From Paragordius varius (lineage: Eukaryota > Animalia > Nematomorpha): a stretch of 64,000 nt of DNA. The notes under the pieces are model-generated. The model ran no database searches, was not told the DNA's origin, and saw only the letters and a program-made list of their open reading frames with translations. The translations under genes and the position numbers were made by a program. Positions 12,469-26,250 of the stretch are shown piece by piece (the first letter of the stretch is position 1; the number at the start of each line of letters is the position of its first letter). The stretch covers positions 7,936,001 through 8,000,000 of the forward strand of contig OZ176056.1 in assembly GCA_964247055.1 (NCBI GenBank), given 5' to 3'.

Positions 12469-15400
12469 CTTTTTTTATGATTTTTAACAGTTTTAATTAA
12501 ATTATAATTTTTTACCCTTTTAATTATATAATTTATACTATTTACAATTCAATTTCACCCTTAAACAATTCATATTCACCCTTGAACAATTCAAATTCAC
12601 CCTCAAATAAAATATATGTTTTTTAATATTAAAAATTACCTATATTTTATATATTTTTCAAAAATAAAAATTTTGTTTTAAATTAAAATAATACTGAAAA
12701 AATAATAAACTATACCATAAACATATATTTCATATTAATAATGAGTTATATTAGTTCGAAAAGACATAATTTATTTTTAGGGTGAATTTGAATTGTTCAA
12801 GGGTGAATTTGAATTGTTCAAAGGTGAATTTGAATTGTTCGAGGGTGAATTTGAATTGTTCGAGGGTGAATTGAATTGTTCGAGGGTGAATTTGAATTGT
12901 TCAAGGGTGAATTTGAACTGTAAATGGTATATATATTATATATATATATATATATACCCCTCTTATTATATATTTTATAAGTTTTTTACATTAATAATAT
13001 TTATTAATTTTCTTTTCTTAAAAAATATTTAAATATACATATAAATGTTTATATAATTTAGCTGTTTCACTCTAGCCATGCTTATAATATTTGAGGCCAC
13101 GCTTGTTAAACAACAGTTAAGAAATATGGCAGAAATACGTAAAATGGGAAATCAAGCTTACCCCATACAAGTATAATATCCCCTTTAGAAAAATTTATTA
13201 AATTTTTTAAATTTTTATTATTTTTTTAAAATGTTTGTTCTGATTTAAAAAGATTTTTTTAAGTTTTTTCTATTCATTCACTTTTTTTGATATTTTAATT
13301 TATAAATTTTTATAAATATAATTTTTTTCAGGATTTTTTTAGGTTTTTTTGAATATTTGGGTTTTTTGCATTATTTGGGTTTTAGTTAATAAAAGTTATA
13401 TTTTTATAATATATATATATATATATATATTAAATAAATTAAATATTTGGTTATATTTATAACTAATTTAATCGTAAATATAAAAAAAAGTTTATTTTTT
13501 TTTGGGGGGGGGGGGGGTAATATGTGTTTAATTGGGTTATATCTAATGATATTTATTTTTGTAACAAAAAATTGATTCATCATACTGATAAAATACAAAA
13601 ACGTAAAGACAAATATTTTTTTTTCTAATCTAAAATAAACAGCCATACTATTTTTTTAAACCTTATTTTTTTCTACAAATTTAGTCTATTTCACACTCTG
13701 CAACTTTAAACATGAATAATTATATCAAGAATCAAGTTTAAGTTTTTGCAAAAAAATATTTGTCTTTATATATTTACACGTTTTGTCCGTATAATTTCAA
13801 TTTATTTTCTCATTATATATTTCTTCATTGTATTTTAGGTTTATAGAAATAGGCGTTGGAAAGCTATTAGTTCAGATACATTGTTACCGGGTGATATCTG
13901 TTCAATAAGTTATAATTTTTATAAATTTTTTATAATACAATTTTTGTTCTTAAAATATATACCATTTACAGTTCAAATTCACCCTTAGTGTATTTTAAGA
14001 TTAAAAATTATTTATATTTTTTTTATATTTTTAAAAAATAAAATTTTGTTTTTTTGAATAAAAAATCAAAAATCTAGTTTTATACTCACAATATAGCCAT
14101 TTACTATTCAAAATCACTCTTAAACAATTCAAATTCACCCTAAAAATAAATTATTTGTTTTTAGGTTTATAAAACCCATTATTAATGTGAAAGATATTTG
14201 TGTTTTCGCTTATTATTTTTTTCAGTAATATTTTAATATTAAACGTAATTTCCTTTTTTTTATACACTATAAAATATAGGTAATTTTTTAATCTTAAAAA
14301 ACACATAATTTATTTTGGGGTGAATTTGAATTGTTCATCCAAGCTTACGTGAAATTTACTTTTAAAAGTAGTTATTGTACTAATTTTTAGCCCGAAATAA
14401 TATAGTACCTTGCGATTGTGTACTTCTTAAAGGGACCTGTATCGTAGATGAATCTATGCTTACGGGTGAATCTGTTCCACAACCTAAGGTAGCTACCTTG
14501 TATTTTTTTATAAATCTTTAAACAATTTTGTCTATTGTTGAATGTCCAGTTTTTTGACGCAAAATGGATTGATTGATGAGTGATATTTATGTGATTTTTT
14601 ACTTACGTTCAATATTATGTAAGCATTTTTTAACTTTTTTTTCAAAAAAACACTGTCTGTTGACAAAAAATTTGATTGTTTGAAATCATTTCTCAATTTT
14701 AAACAAATTTTCAAATAATTTTTAATTGCAAAATTTCGCACAATACTTTACGAATTCATGGAAATTATTGAGGCTTTTTCTTTCCAAGTTAGGGGTTATA
14801 ATTTGCACATTTTTTTGATGAACCTTATAGATTAGAACTCATAATTAATTGTTTATAGATATATTATACCATTTACAATTCAATTTCACCCTTAAACAAT
14901 TCAAATTCACCCTCGAACAATTCAAATTCACCCTCAAATAAAAAATATGTTTTTTAAGATTAAAAATTACCAATATTTTTATATGTTTTTAAAAAATAAA
15001 AATTTTGTTTTAAATTAAAATAATACTGTAAAATAATAAGCTATAACATAAACTTATATTTTATATTAATAATGAGTTGTATTAATTCGAAAATACATAA
15101 TTCATTTTTAGGGTAAACTTGTATTGTTCAAAGGTAAATTTGAATTGTTCGAGGGTGAATTTGAATTGTTCGAGGGTGAATTTGAATTGTTCAAGGGTGA
15201 ATTAGAACTGTAAATGGTATATATACATTTTATTTTTGAAATTGGGCATTACAACATATTTTTTGCCCGTTTTTAAACACTCTTTTTTCCCGAGGAATCA
15301 ATATTAAAGATTATAACGAACTGAATTATGTGATATTTTATTTTTTTCATATATATTTGGCTTCAAAATTACATTTTTTTTCTTGCGATTTCTAGGGTCC

Positions 15401-18244
15401 AAATTTTCCTAGAAATCAATAGAATTTTTAAGCTTCTAGGTTAATTTTAAAAAAGTTTTATTAATCAGCTCATGATGATTTACCCAAATAATAGGCGTTT
15501 AATAGATCCTGAAAAAATTTAAATTTTATACCTTTTTTAGCTTAATTAAAAAACTTTTTATTTCCTAAAAAAATTTTTTAATTTTTTGACTTACTATAGG
15601 AATCTATAGAAAGTGAAAGTCCAGACACTTTGTTAGATGAAACCACTGAAGAAGGGAAATTACGTGTTTTATTTGGGGGAACTCAAGTCGTACAAACTTT
15701 AAACTCACCAGCTAAATTAGAAACTACCCCTATTATTCCCGGGATAAAAGCTGATGATAGGACTTTAACTATGGGCCCATGTACCCTAAAAAGTATGTGC
15801 ATATGTATAAAGTTAATTCCGTGTAATTTTTTTGATAAAAATTTAAATGTAAGTTTTAGGGCGCAAACAAGTATGTTTGGTTAAATCAAATTGGTTTTTG
15901 TAAAAAAGGCTCAATTATTTTTACTTAGTTTTAATGTAGATAAAATATGAATTTTGGATATTTTTTATATATTTGATATAGTGTTTAAAACATCTTAAAA
16001 ATTTAAGGGATGGATTTTAAATTAAATCATTTGTTAAGGTTGTATGTATATACTTTATATAAAGGCTAAGGTTTACTAAATGTTAGTATTGATAAATGGG
16101 AACATGTTCTCAAAAAAGTATGTGTAGAGCTTTATTTCGCCTTTTTATAAAAATTTTTTTATATACAGACAGAGTTAGTTAATATAAATGTTTAACTATA
16201 GAGCTGCTCTACTTTTTACAAGAAAGTTTAATTTTTTCCCAATGCAAAATTAAAGATATAAAAATTTAACTATTGGCTTCGGTACGCTAAAAAGTATGAT
16301 ATATTTTGGTGTTTTTTTATATGTGATAGGGCTTAAAACATTTTAAATGCGGGAAATTAGAATTAATCAAAAGCTATATTTTATAAAAAAAAGACTTAAA
16401 TGTTTTTAATAAACTTTCTATTATAAGGATCTATATGTTTAAAAGTATGTATGGGGGCTTTATTTTTTATATAACTTACCGACTTGATTAATATCAAAGT
16501 TTTATTTAAAAAGTGCTTGCTTACTTTACTTTTTGATATAAGAAAACTGAATCATTATACATTTTTTTATTTTTTTTTCGCGATTTTTAAAAAAAAAATT
16601 AAAAAATCAAAGGTCCCGATAATGGATGCGTTTGTTAACAATCCCTTAAAATAACGATGATTTTTTGTATATTTATCGAATTTATTAAGAATTCAAACTT
16701 ATGAAAACATGAGCAATGTTATTGTAAAATATATAATTGATTGTGTGTTAGTATTATATATCTCTATTTCACACTTTTCCATCTATGTTTAATTTAAAAA
16801 GTACTTACTTTACTTTTTAATCTAAGAAATTATACATTTTTTTTATTTTTTTTTTCGATTTTTTAAAAAAAATTAAAAAATCAAAGGTCCCGATAATGGA
16901 TGCATTTGTTACGTAACAAAAACGGCATTTTCAACTTCCCAAGGGAAATTACTGCGAACAATTTTGATTTCTACGCAAAACACGGCCTCAAACAATGCTG
17001 GAGGGGGGTCTTTTGATGTTGAAACTCTGTGTTTTATCCTTATGTTATTGGTTTTTGCTATTTCAGCCTCAATCTATGTTTGGATATATGGTAGGTTGTT
17101 GAAATTTTTAGAAGCTTAAGATTATTGATTATTTTTAGATTTTATGATCACTATTCTAAATAAAATAAATACGATATATAATGCAAAAAAGGGTTATTTT
17201 GATGTTGAAACTCTGTGTTTTATCCTTATGTTATTGGTTTTTGCTATCTCAGCCTCAATCTATGTTTGGATATATGGTGAGTTTTTTTATCAAATTTGTT
17301 TGTGTAGACTCTAGTAGATTTTAAATTCACCTAATTATTATTAGATTTTATGATCAATATTCTAACTAAAATAAATAAGATATATAATGCTGAAAAGGGG
17401 TATTTTTACGTTGAAACTCTGTGCTTATGTTATTGGTTTTTGCTATTTTGGCATCCATATATGTTTGGATATATGGTAGTGTTAGTTTTCATAAATTTAT
17501 AAGTAAATTAAAAAATTATCCAGATATATATTTTAATGAGTTTTAATATTATTTTAAAAAAACATTCTGTTTCATCCTTATATTAGTGGATTTTGCTATT
17601 TCGGCATCCATATATGTTTGGATGGATATATGGTTGGTATTTTTGTAATTTTGAAAAATTTGTAATTTTGAAAAATTTGCAATTTTTAGGTTTGGGATAC
17701 TCTATGGTAAGTTTAATAAATGTCAATACATTATTTAAAGTTATTATTTTGATAAATATATAAGAATATACCTATGTGTTAGTTTTAATTTTAAAATATT
17801 CTATTATGTGGTTGTTTTTGTTATTTCGGCCCCGATATATCTCTGGATATATTATGGTTACTTTATATCTTTTTTAATTATTTCTAAATTTTAGTTTATT
17901 ATTATAAAAAAATTTTTAGGCACGCTAGACCCGAGTCGAAGTCGATATAAACTTTTGCTTGAATGCATACTTATTATAACATCAGTTGTACCTCCAGAAT
18001 TACCGATTGAATTATCGCTCGCTATAAATTCAAGCCTGATAGCCCTTTCGAAATTGGGTACCTTTTTTTTTCTTGAAATAATTTTTATATTTATCAAATA
18101 CAGTATGCATTTTAATGGTTGCTTATTCCACATTATATTTGGGCAATTTGCAACACAACAGTGGTGTATGGAAAAAGAAAAGAAATAAATATTTATTATA
18201 TTTTATTGTTTTTTTTTCATACATAGCAATCATTAAAATTCATA

Positions 18245-18289
<45 letters not shown>

Positions 18290-18697
18290 TACATATTTAT
18301 TAATGATAAATATATTTTGATTTTATGGGCTGTTTATTGATTCTTAAAAAAGAAGTGGTTAAAATAAGTTTCATGTGCACTGTGTAAACCAATTTTAAAA
18401 TGTGAGAAAAAAACGGGGGGTTTATTTTTGGACCCGTTGTACATTCCTATCGGGTTATATTATGAAAATTTTAAGTTAAAGTTGTTTAAAAAAGTATAAA
18501 ACATACACACTGACCATCACTATTGAATAAAATCATCCATATATTTTTGATTATAAGGATATTTAAATATTTATATTTTTTAATCAAATTTATACAGTAA
18601 TAATTTGAAATTTATAGACAAACCGTTACCAAATAAAAGACTACAAACATAAAGTCAAGCATACTTTTATAATCATTATAGAGTATATATATATACA

Positions 18698-18765
<68 letters not shown>

Positions 18766-20148
18766 CATTTTTATTTAAATTTTAATTTTTATTAATTTTA
18801 GGTATTTATTGTACGGAACCATTTAGGATCCCATTTGCAGGGAAATTGAATGTTTTAGCCTTCGATAAAACAGGAACTCTAACAACTGATCATTTTAACA
18901 TAGATGGCGTATTGGAACCTGATGGTAATATTATTTTTTATTAAAAAAATTATTTTTATCGAAAAATTTTATAAAAACAGTATTTTCTAGTTAACATAAT
19001 ATAGAGGAATGTAAATATTTTAAATATATATATATATATATATATAAATAGTGTGAACTTTTTAAATTTTAACAATATTCTTGACATATATATATATATA
19101 TATAATATAAACGCCTATATATAACGTTATATTGGGTTAATTTTGATCTTGTTAATTATATAGATGAAAAGTAGTCAAATGGCATGCAATTTGATTATGA
19201 ATTTTCAAAAACTACAATTATTAAATTTTAAAAGTATCTCAAACCATTTTTTTCTTTTACTTTATATAATAAATGATTTATGCAAAATTTACCTTATTTA
19301 AGCTGTTTCTATTATTTTCGAAACTTTTTATCACATAAATATGTATTTATATTTATTTTTTTATTTAGCATTTACATATATAGCCCATATATTTATATAT
19401 TTTCATATTTTTGTACATCTAAAAAGGCACAAAAATCATATATATTTTATATTTTTAATTTTATATAATAGATTTAAAATCGATAAAACCATTGTGCGAA
19501 TCCCATTTAACATGTCAAATTATCCTAGGGTGTTGTCACAGCCTTATGAATATGAATAATAATAACATAGTACAACATTCGACAACGATGTTGACAAAAA
19601 AAGAACAGAAAGTTGATTCGCTAATAGGGGACCCTTTGGAAAAGGCTATAGTACAAAGTCTTGGATGGATCCTAACTAAAAGTTAATCATTTTTTTATCA
19701 TTTTACTCTTTTTTGTTTGAAAAAAAAATTATTTTTATGTAAAAAATTAATAATAATTATTAATCATATATATAAAGATTTATAAGAAATTATTAATTTT
19801 TGTATGATATGAAAAATGGTTTTTTTAACTAACCTTTATAATGTATCATGGGAATATATGTATACAAAAACTTTAACATATAAATTTAATGTTAAAATCT
19901 AGTCTTAACATTAAATATAATTTTGTCTTAAATTATAAAAAATAATTTTATGTGTAATTTGCTTTTCTGTTTTCCAACGATTGTTATTATGTATATATCT
20001 AAATAGAAAATTTAAAAACTTATGTTAATGAAAAAAAAACTTTAAAATCAAATAAAATCGAATTGATCGCGGAGTTTTAAATTTTCGCGTTTCGATTATA
20101 ATATCCAATTTCTTTTACGAAAAATGTTTCATTATAAAAGCACCAAGA

Positions 20149-20189
<41 letters not shown>

Positions 20190-22260
20190 TATCTATCATT
20201 TATTGATATAAATAAATGATTACGAATGAACCTTTAGGGTGAATATTTAATATTCAGGCTTAATAAAACCCCTAAAAATCCTTCTATACAAGGAATTAAA
20301 AAATAATTTTTAACCCTATAAAAAAACAACATTAAAATTCTAAAAACATCAAAAAAATATCATATCTATCTAAATATTCTATTTTTTGATTTTAGTTTTA
20401 AATTACGCTACTTACATAAAATCAAAATTCAATCACATAATTTTTGTGGAAAATGCCATCATTTATCAATCACTTAATGTAATAACCTAATTTTTGAATT
20501 TTTTTTATTTTATATGAAAAAAATTCATTTATGTTATGTTTTAGATGATGTCATGATACCAACCTTAGCTACTAAACAACTCTTTAATGCAAAATCTTTT
20601 CAAGATTCCAATGGCAATAATTTAAAGCCAAATTTAACATGTAATCCAATAAAAATTTTACATAAATTTCATTTTCAAAGCACACTTAAACGCATGTCCG
20701 TTATTTGTGAACAGAGCAATAATGCTAATAATTTTGGTTTAATATCCAATAATGCTTCAACTCGATTTGGTTTAGTTAAGGGGGCCCCTGAAACCCTAAA
20801 ATCGATGGTATAATAGTTTCAGTTTTTTCATTTAATAAATGTTTAAATACTTTGTTACAATTTTATTTTTGTCTCCATAATAATTCTAATTTCACCCCCT
20901 TGAACAATTCAAATTCAGCACCTTAAAAATAAATTATGTGTTTTTACGGGCTAAGATAACTCCATTAATATGAAATATATATTATATCTTTATGGCTTAG
21001 TTTTTTTTCAGTATTACATTAATTTATAAACAAATTCCATTTTTTTAAATTATAAAAAAATTATATGTAATTTTTAATCCTAAACACATAATTTATTTTA
21101 GGGTGAATTTGAATTGTTCAAGGGTGAATTTAAACAGTAAATGGTATATTTTATTATTATGAAGTTAGAGGGGTTATAAAAGTTGATGTTTATAACATAA
21201 TTATATGATTGTATTTTATTCTTTAAAATATATACCATTTGCACTTCAAGAGTGTCCATGAACACTTCAAGTTGGTCCTTGAACAAAGTTGGTCCTTTAA
21301 CAGTTCAACTTGGTCCTTGAACACTTCAAGTAGGTCCTTAAAATTTATAAATTTTGATTAATCATAATTTTTGCAATTATTTTTTTATTATATTAGTTAT
21401 TAACCTAATTTTCTTTATTTATTAGATATTTATTCATTTAAAAATAAATTTTTTTATAAAAACCACTTTTTTGTTTCAAACTATTTTTTTTTCTATTGAA
21501 CAAAATTATTGACTTTTAAATGTTTTTAATAAAAAAATTTAATTATTAACCCAGAAAACTTATATTTTTTTTATTTCGTGTTAAAATCTCATAAATATCC
21601 AAAATTATTTTAAGAAATTAATAAAGATATACGGTTTCTAAAAGATTAAAAGTCGATATCGATTTAAAATTTATGTCAAATAATGGAAAATAGGTTAAAA
21701 ACGATAAAATAGATGAATAATACACGATTTGATTGATAAAAGTTAAAAACAAAACCAAAAAGTCAAAGGACCAACTTGAAGTATTTAAGGACCAACTTGA
21801 ATTGTTCAAGGACCAACTTGAAGTGTTCAAGGACACTCTTGAAGTGCAAATGGTATATGTTGGATAAAAAAATTAAAATTGCACAAATTCATATCTTGCT
21901 GGCAAAAGTTTTTTAGGTTTTTTTTTTGATAAGTGGTAATTGCTAATAAACTTTCCAGTAAAAATGTAATTAATATTCCAAAAATACTATGTTTTAGATT
22001 GTGAGGGATATCATTTATTGATATAGAATTATTTTTTTATTTTAATTTTATGACAAGTTAAGTAGCATACTGTATTTTTTTTTACTTTTTGTATTGTTTT
22101 GAAACCAAAAAACATTACAAAAATAATTTTAATTTTTTTATTTGTTTTTTATCAAAAATATCTATTTTATTTAGAGAAATAATCTTTAAAATATATAAAA
22201 AATTTTATACCAATTATTTTTTCACAAATTTTTTTTATAAGACAATAAAGATTGTTACCG

Positions 22261-22306
<46 letters not shown>

Positions 22307-25112
22307 TCGTGAAATTCCAAGCAATTATGATGAAACTTACTTTAAGTTAGCCAGAGATGGTTGTCGAATATTAGCGCTTGGTATCAAAGGCTTAGATGAC
22401 ATTTTAGAGTTCATTAATTTTATTTTATTTTTGCGTATGCCTTTATCAAATTTATATGTAGTTTATATTTGAAAAGTCTCATTTGCTCCATATAAGAAAT
22501 TATAAGTAAGTAGACTTTTTTCAATCATAATTTTTTTACAGTATACATTTTAATGGTTACTTATTTTACACACTATAGTTGGGTAATTTGCAACATAGTA
22601 CATGAGTGTATGGAAAAAAAGACAGGAAATTATTGTTTATTCAACATTTTGGTTGTTTTTTTCCATACACTACTGTGTTTTACAAATTGCCTCCTACTAT
22701 AGTGTGTGAAATAAGCAACCATTAAAATGCTGCATACTGTTTATATATAAATCATGATATGTTTTACACTTTAAACATGTTTTTACTTGTTATTCTAAAT
22801 CATTTTAAATGTAATTATATCTAAACTGGCTCTAAACAATCGAATTTTTTTAGAAAACCTACATTTTTTTATCATTCTTACGATTCCCCATTATTTCATT
22901 GGCTTAATATTTTTTATTTTTACAAAATTAGATAAATAATAGATTTTAATGATTTAGGTTGAATTTTTAAAGAATTTTTATGCATACCATATACAATTCA
23001 TATTCACCCTTCAACAATTCAAATACACCCTAAAAATAAATTATATGTTTTCGGGCTAATATAACTTATAATTAATGATATATATAATATACTATGGCAT
23101 AACTTATTATATTTTTTAAGTAGTTTGATAATTTTATACAAAATTTTATTTTTTATAAAAATGCAAAAAAATATAGGTAAATGTTAATTCTAAATTACAT
23201 ATACTTTATTTTAATATGAAATTTGAAGTGTTCAAGGGTAAATTTCAATTGTTCAAGGGTGAATTTGAATTGTTCAAAAATGAATTTGAATAGTTCAATG
23301 AATATGAATTGTTCAAGAGTGAATTTGAAGTGTAAATGGTATATATCTTATATGTTTCGGTTTTAATCTTAATATTTCAGTATTTTTTCCATTCTATATT
23401 TTTAGAGCTCATAAAAATAAACCACTATCAGATTTAAGGGATTTGGTTGAATCTGACTTACTTTTCCAAGGATTCCTAATCGTTTCTTGTCCGCTAAAAC
23501 CTGACTCTTATGCCGTTATTCAAGAATTGCTTGAAAGTCAACATAAGGTAGGGCTTTTTTAACCTTATTTTTTTTCAAGTTTAATTTTTCATTTTAATGC
23601 GATAAATAAATATGTAAAATAAGGTTTATAAATTTTTATATTTTTTTTTGAATTTTATATCTTTTTTTTATCTCATAAAGATAATTATGATAACAGGCGA
23701 TAATCATTTAACGGCATGTCACGTAGGAAGGGAATTGGGGCTTTTTGAGTCCCCATCTCGAATTTTCCATCTAAATACGGACATTCATCCAAATATTGGT
23801 TTGTACTTTTTTTATAATATTAATTATATTTCTCTTAGTATTTATATAAATCGAAAAAATTTATTGTTGATAAGGATTTATTTTAATATTTTCATATTTA
23901 AACGGTCTAATATATATATATATATATATATATATGTATTTTTATACGAAGGTAATATAGTTTTTTATGTGTGGGTGCGTTAATATTTTTTTGTGACCAA
24001 TCGCAGTTTAATTAAATTTTTAGCGAATTTTGCAAGTTTTTTAAAAGAATTTGGGATCCAAAACAATAATTTTATTATAAAATTCATTTTTCCTTGATAA
24101 AAATCCGTGTTTAAAAGCATCAATATATTTGGTTATAATTGAAAACACAGTTAATTTTGTAATTATAAAGACCAAATTTAAATATTAAAAAGACAACTTA
24201 CTATTTTAGCATATTAAAGACAACATTATATGTTTGTTAAACTCCTTGTTTTTTCTCAATATAATTTATTATTATTTTGGGTTCTCAAAATAACTAAAAT
24301 AGAGGTAAAAATATGTAACATGAATTTTGAAAACGATTGTCATTTGGGTTAAATCAAAATATTTTGGAATAATTTTTGTATTTTTATCAAATAAATATTT
24401 AAGTTTTTTTAGTATATTTATCTTTTTTTAGCTTTTATATTTTAATTTTCTCTTTTTTGACATACTTTAGTGTTATTACCTAAATATTTTTATTGTAGTT
24501 TTTAATTGTTTCATATTTTCAGATGGATATTTGCAATGGGAAAGTTTTGATCGGAAAGGCCAGATTAAACATGTGGAAAAAATAAACGCAAAATTAGCAT
24601 CCTCCAGTATCAATACTAAAAAAGTTATTTTAGTTTTTTTTTTGGCTTTTAAAATTAATTTTAAAAATGTAATTTTAAAAATATACTTTGAAAAGATTGA
24701 TGCCATAACTTAACGTAAAAAAATATTAAATTATATAATAATTTTATAGTTTAAAATCCTTACTTTTCATTATGCATTTTAAAGATTTTCACACTATAGT
24801 TGGCAATTTGCAACACAGTAAGTAGTATATTGAAAAAACAACAAAATGTCTACTATAGTGTAAAATATAAAATGCATACTATATATATTTTTTTGAATAG
24901 TTTGATATATGTTTAACTGGAACGACATATGAATATTTGATACAATTGATGCGCGAAGGCCTAATAAAACAAACTCATTTTATCCATATAATTAATCAAG
25001 CTATCATCTGTGCTCGATTCACTCCAAAACAAAAGGTTTCATTTTATTGAGAAAATATTAAAATGGTTTTTTTGCATTTTATGGCAAAAAAAAGTTTTAA
25101 ATTTGTTTGGTT

Positions 25113-25154
<42 letters not shown>

Positions 25155-26199
25155 TTATTTTTGCCCCCCATTTTATTTAAAACATTGGATTTTTATACCC
25201 ATAAAGTTTAAGGAGTAATCTTAAACTATTAAAAATCTTATGCCATGAATCAAAAGATTAAGATAAGACATTAATTTTGCCATACATGGTTTAGGTATTT
25301 TTAAATATATAGTAGGGATACCTAAAATAGATAATCAATACTTTTTTTAAGATTAAATTAAGATTATATAAAAAAAATTTGAGACAATTTTTTAATTAAA
25401 ATTACCTTTTACACAATAATAACCTACAACAATTAATGGTAAAAGGTTAATTACTGGTATGCATAAAGATTAATTTAAATAAAGGAAATTCCTAAATATA
25501 CACTTACAGTTTTTATTTAGCTTACTGTTAATTGTGATTTTTATACCATTTACACTTCGATTTCACCTTGCACTTTTTTAATTGACCCTAAAATAAATTA
25601 TGTGTTTTTAAGATAAATTATTACCTATATGTTTTATATTTTTAAAAAATAATTTTGTTTGTGATTAAAATAATACAACAATAAACTGGGCCATAAATAT
25701 ATATTTCGTATTAATAAGAAGCTATATTAACCCGAAAATACATAATTTATTTTTAGGGGGAATTCGAATTGTTCAAGGGTGAATTTGAATTGTAAATGGT
25801 ACATATTAATTTATGCCAATGAACTTTTTGGTGTTTTTTAATAATATAATAATTTACACAACTTATAAAATATATTTGTTTTTCTCATTCTAAATATACG
25901 CATACAGTAAAAATGGAATTTATACGGACAAAATGTAAAAATATAAAGACAAATATTTTTTTCAAAGGAAAAGACAACCTCATACTTTTTTAAATCTTGA
26001 TTTTATATATAACTTATATCAAAGTGTGAAGTAGAGTATATATATATTACAACATTAAATTTGATATTTTACGATCGTAATTAAATAGCTTATAGAGGAA
26101 AAATTAAGGTTTGAAAATGTATATGGTTGTCCTTTGTAAAAACAATATTTGTCTTTATAGTGTTACGTTTTGTCCATATAATATCATTTTTTATTGTAT

Positions 26200-26250
<51 letters not shown>

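Noticed and set aside
12781-12927. GAAcaaTTC in the MITE unit as heat-shock or STAT elements
   Set aside because: HSE needs GAAnnTTC (2-nt spacer) and STAT is TTCnnnGAA; this has a 3-nt spacer in the reverse arrangement.
12793-13032. Repetitive [19 protein letters not shown] (also 26090-26353, 21098-21286, 21618-21836)
   Set aside because: These are translations of the 21-bp MITE arrays (7-codon period) and TA runs, not genes.
13504-13517. Poly-G runs (also 51014-51031) as functional G-quadruplexes
   Set aside because: Single homopolymers of uncertain length, prone to sequencing error; no supporting context.
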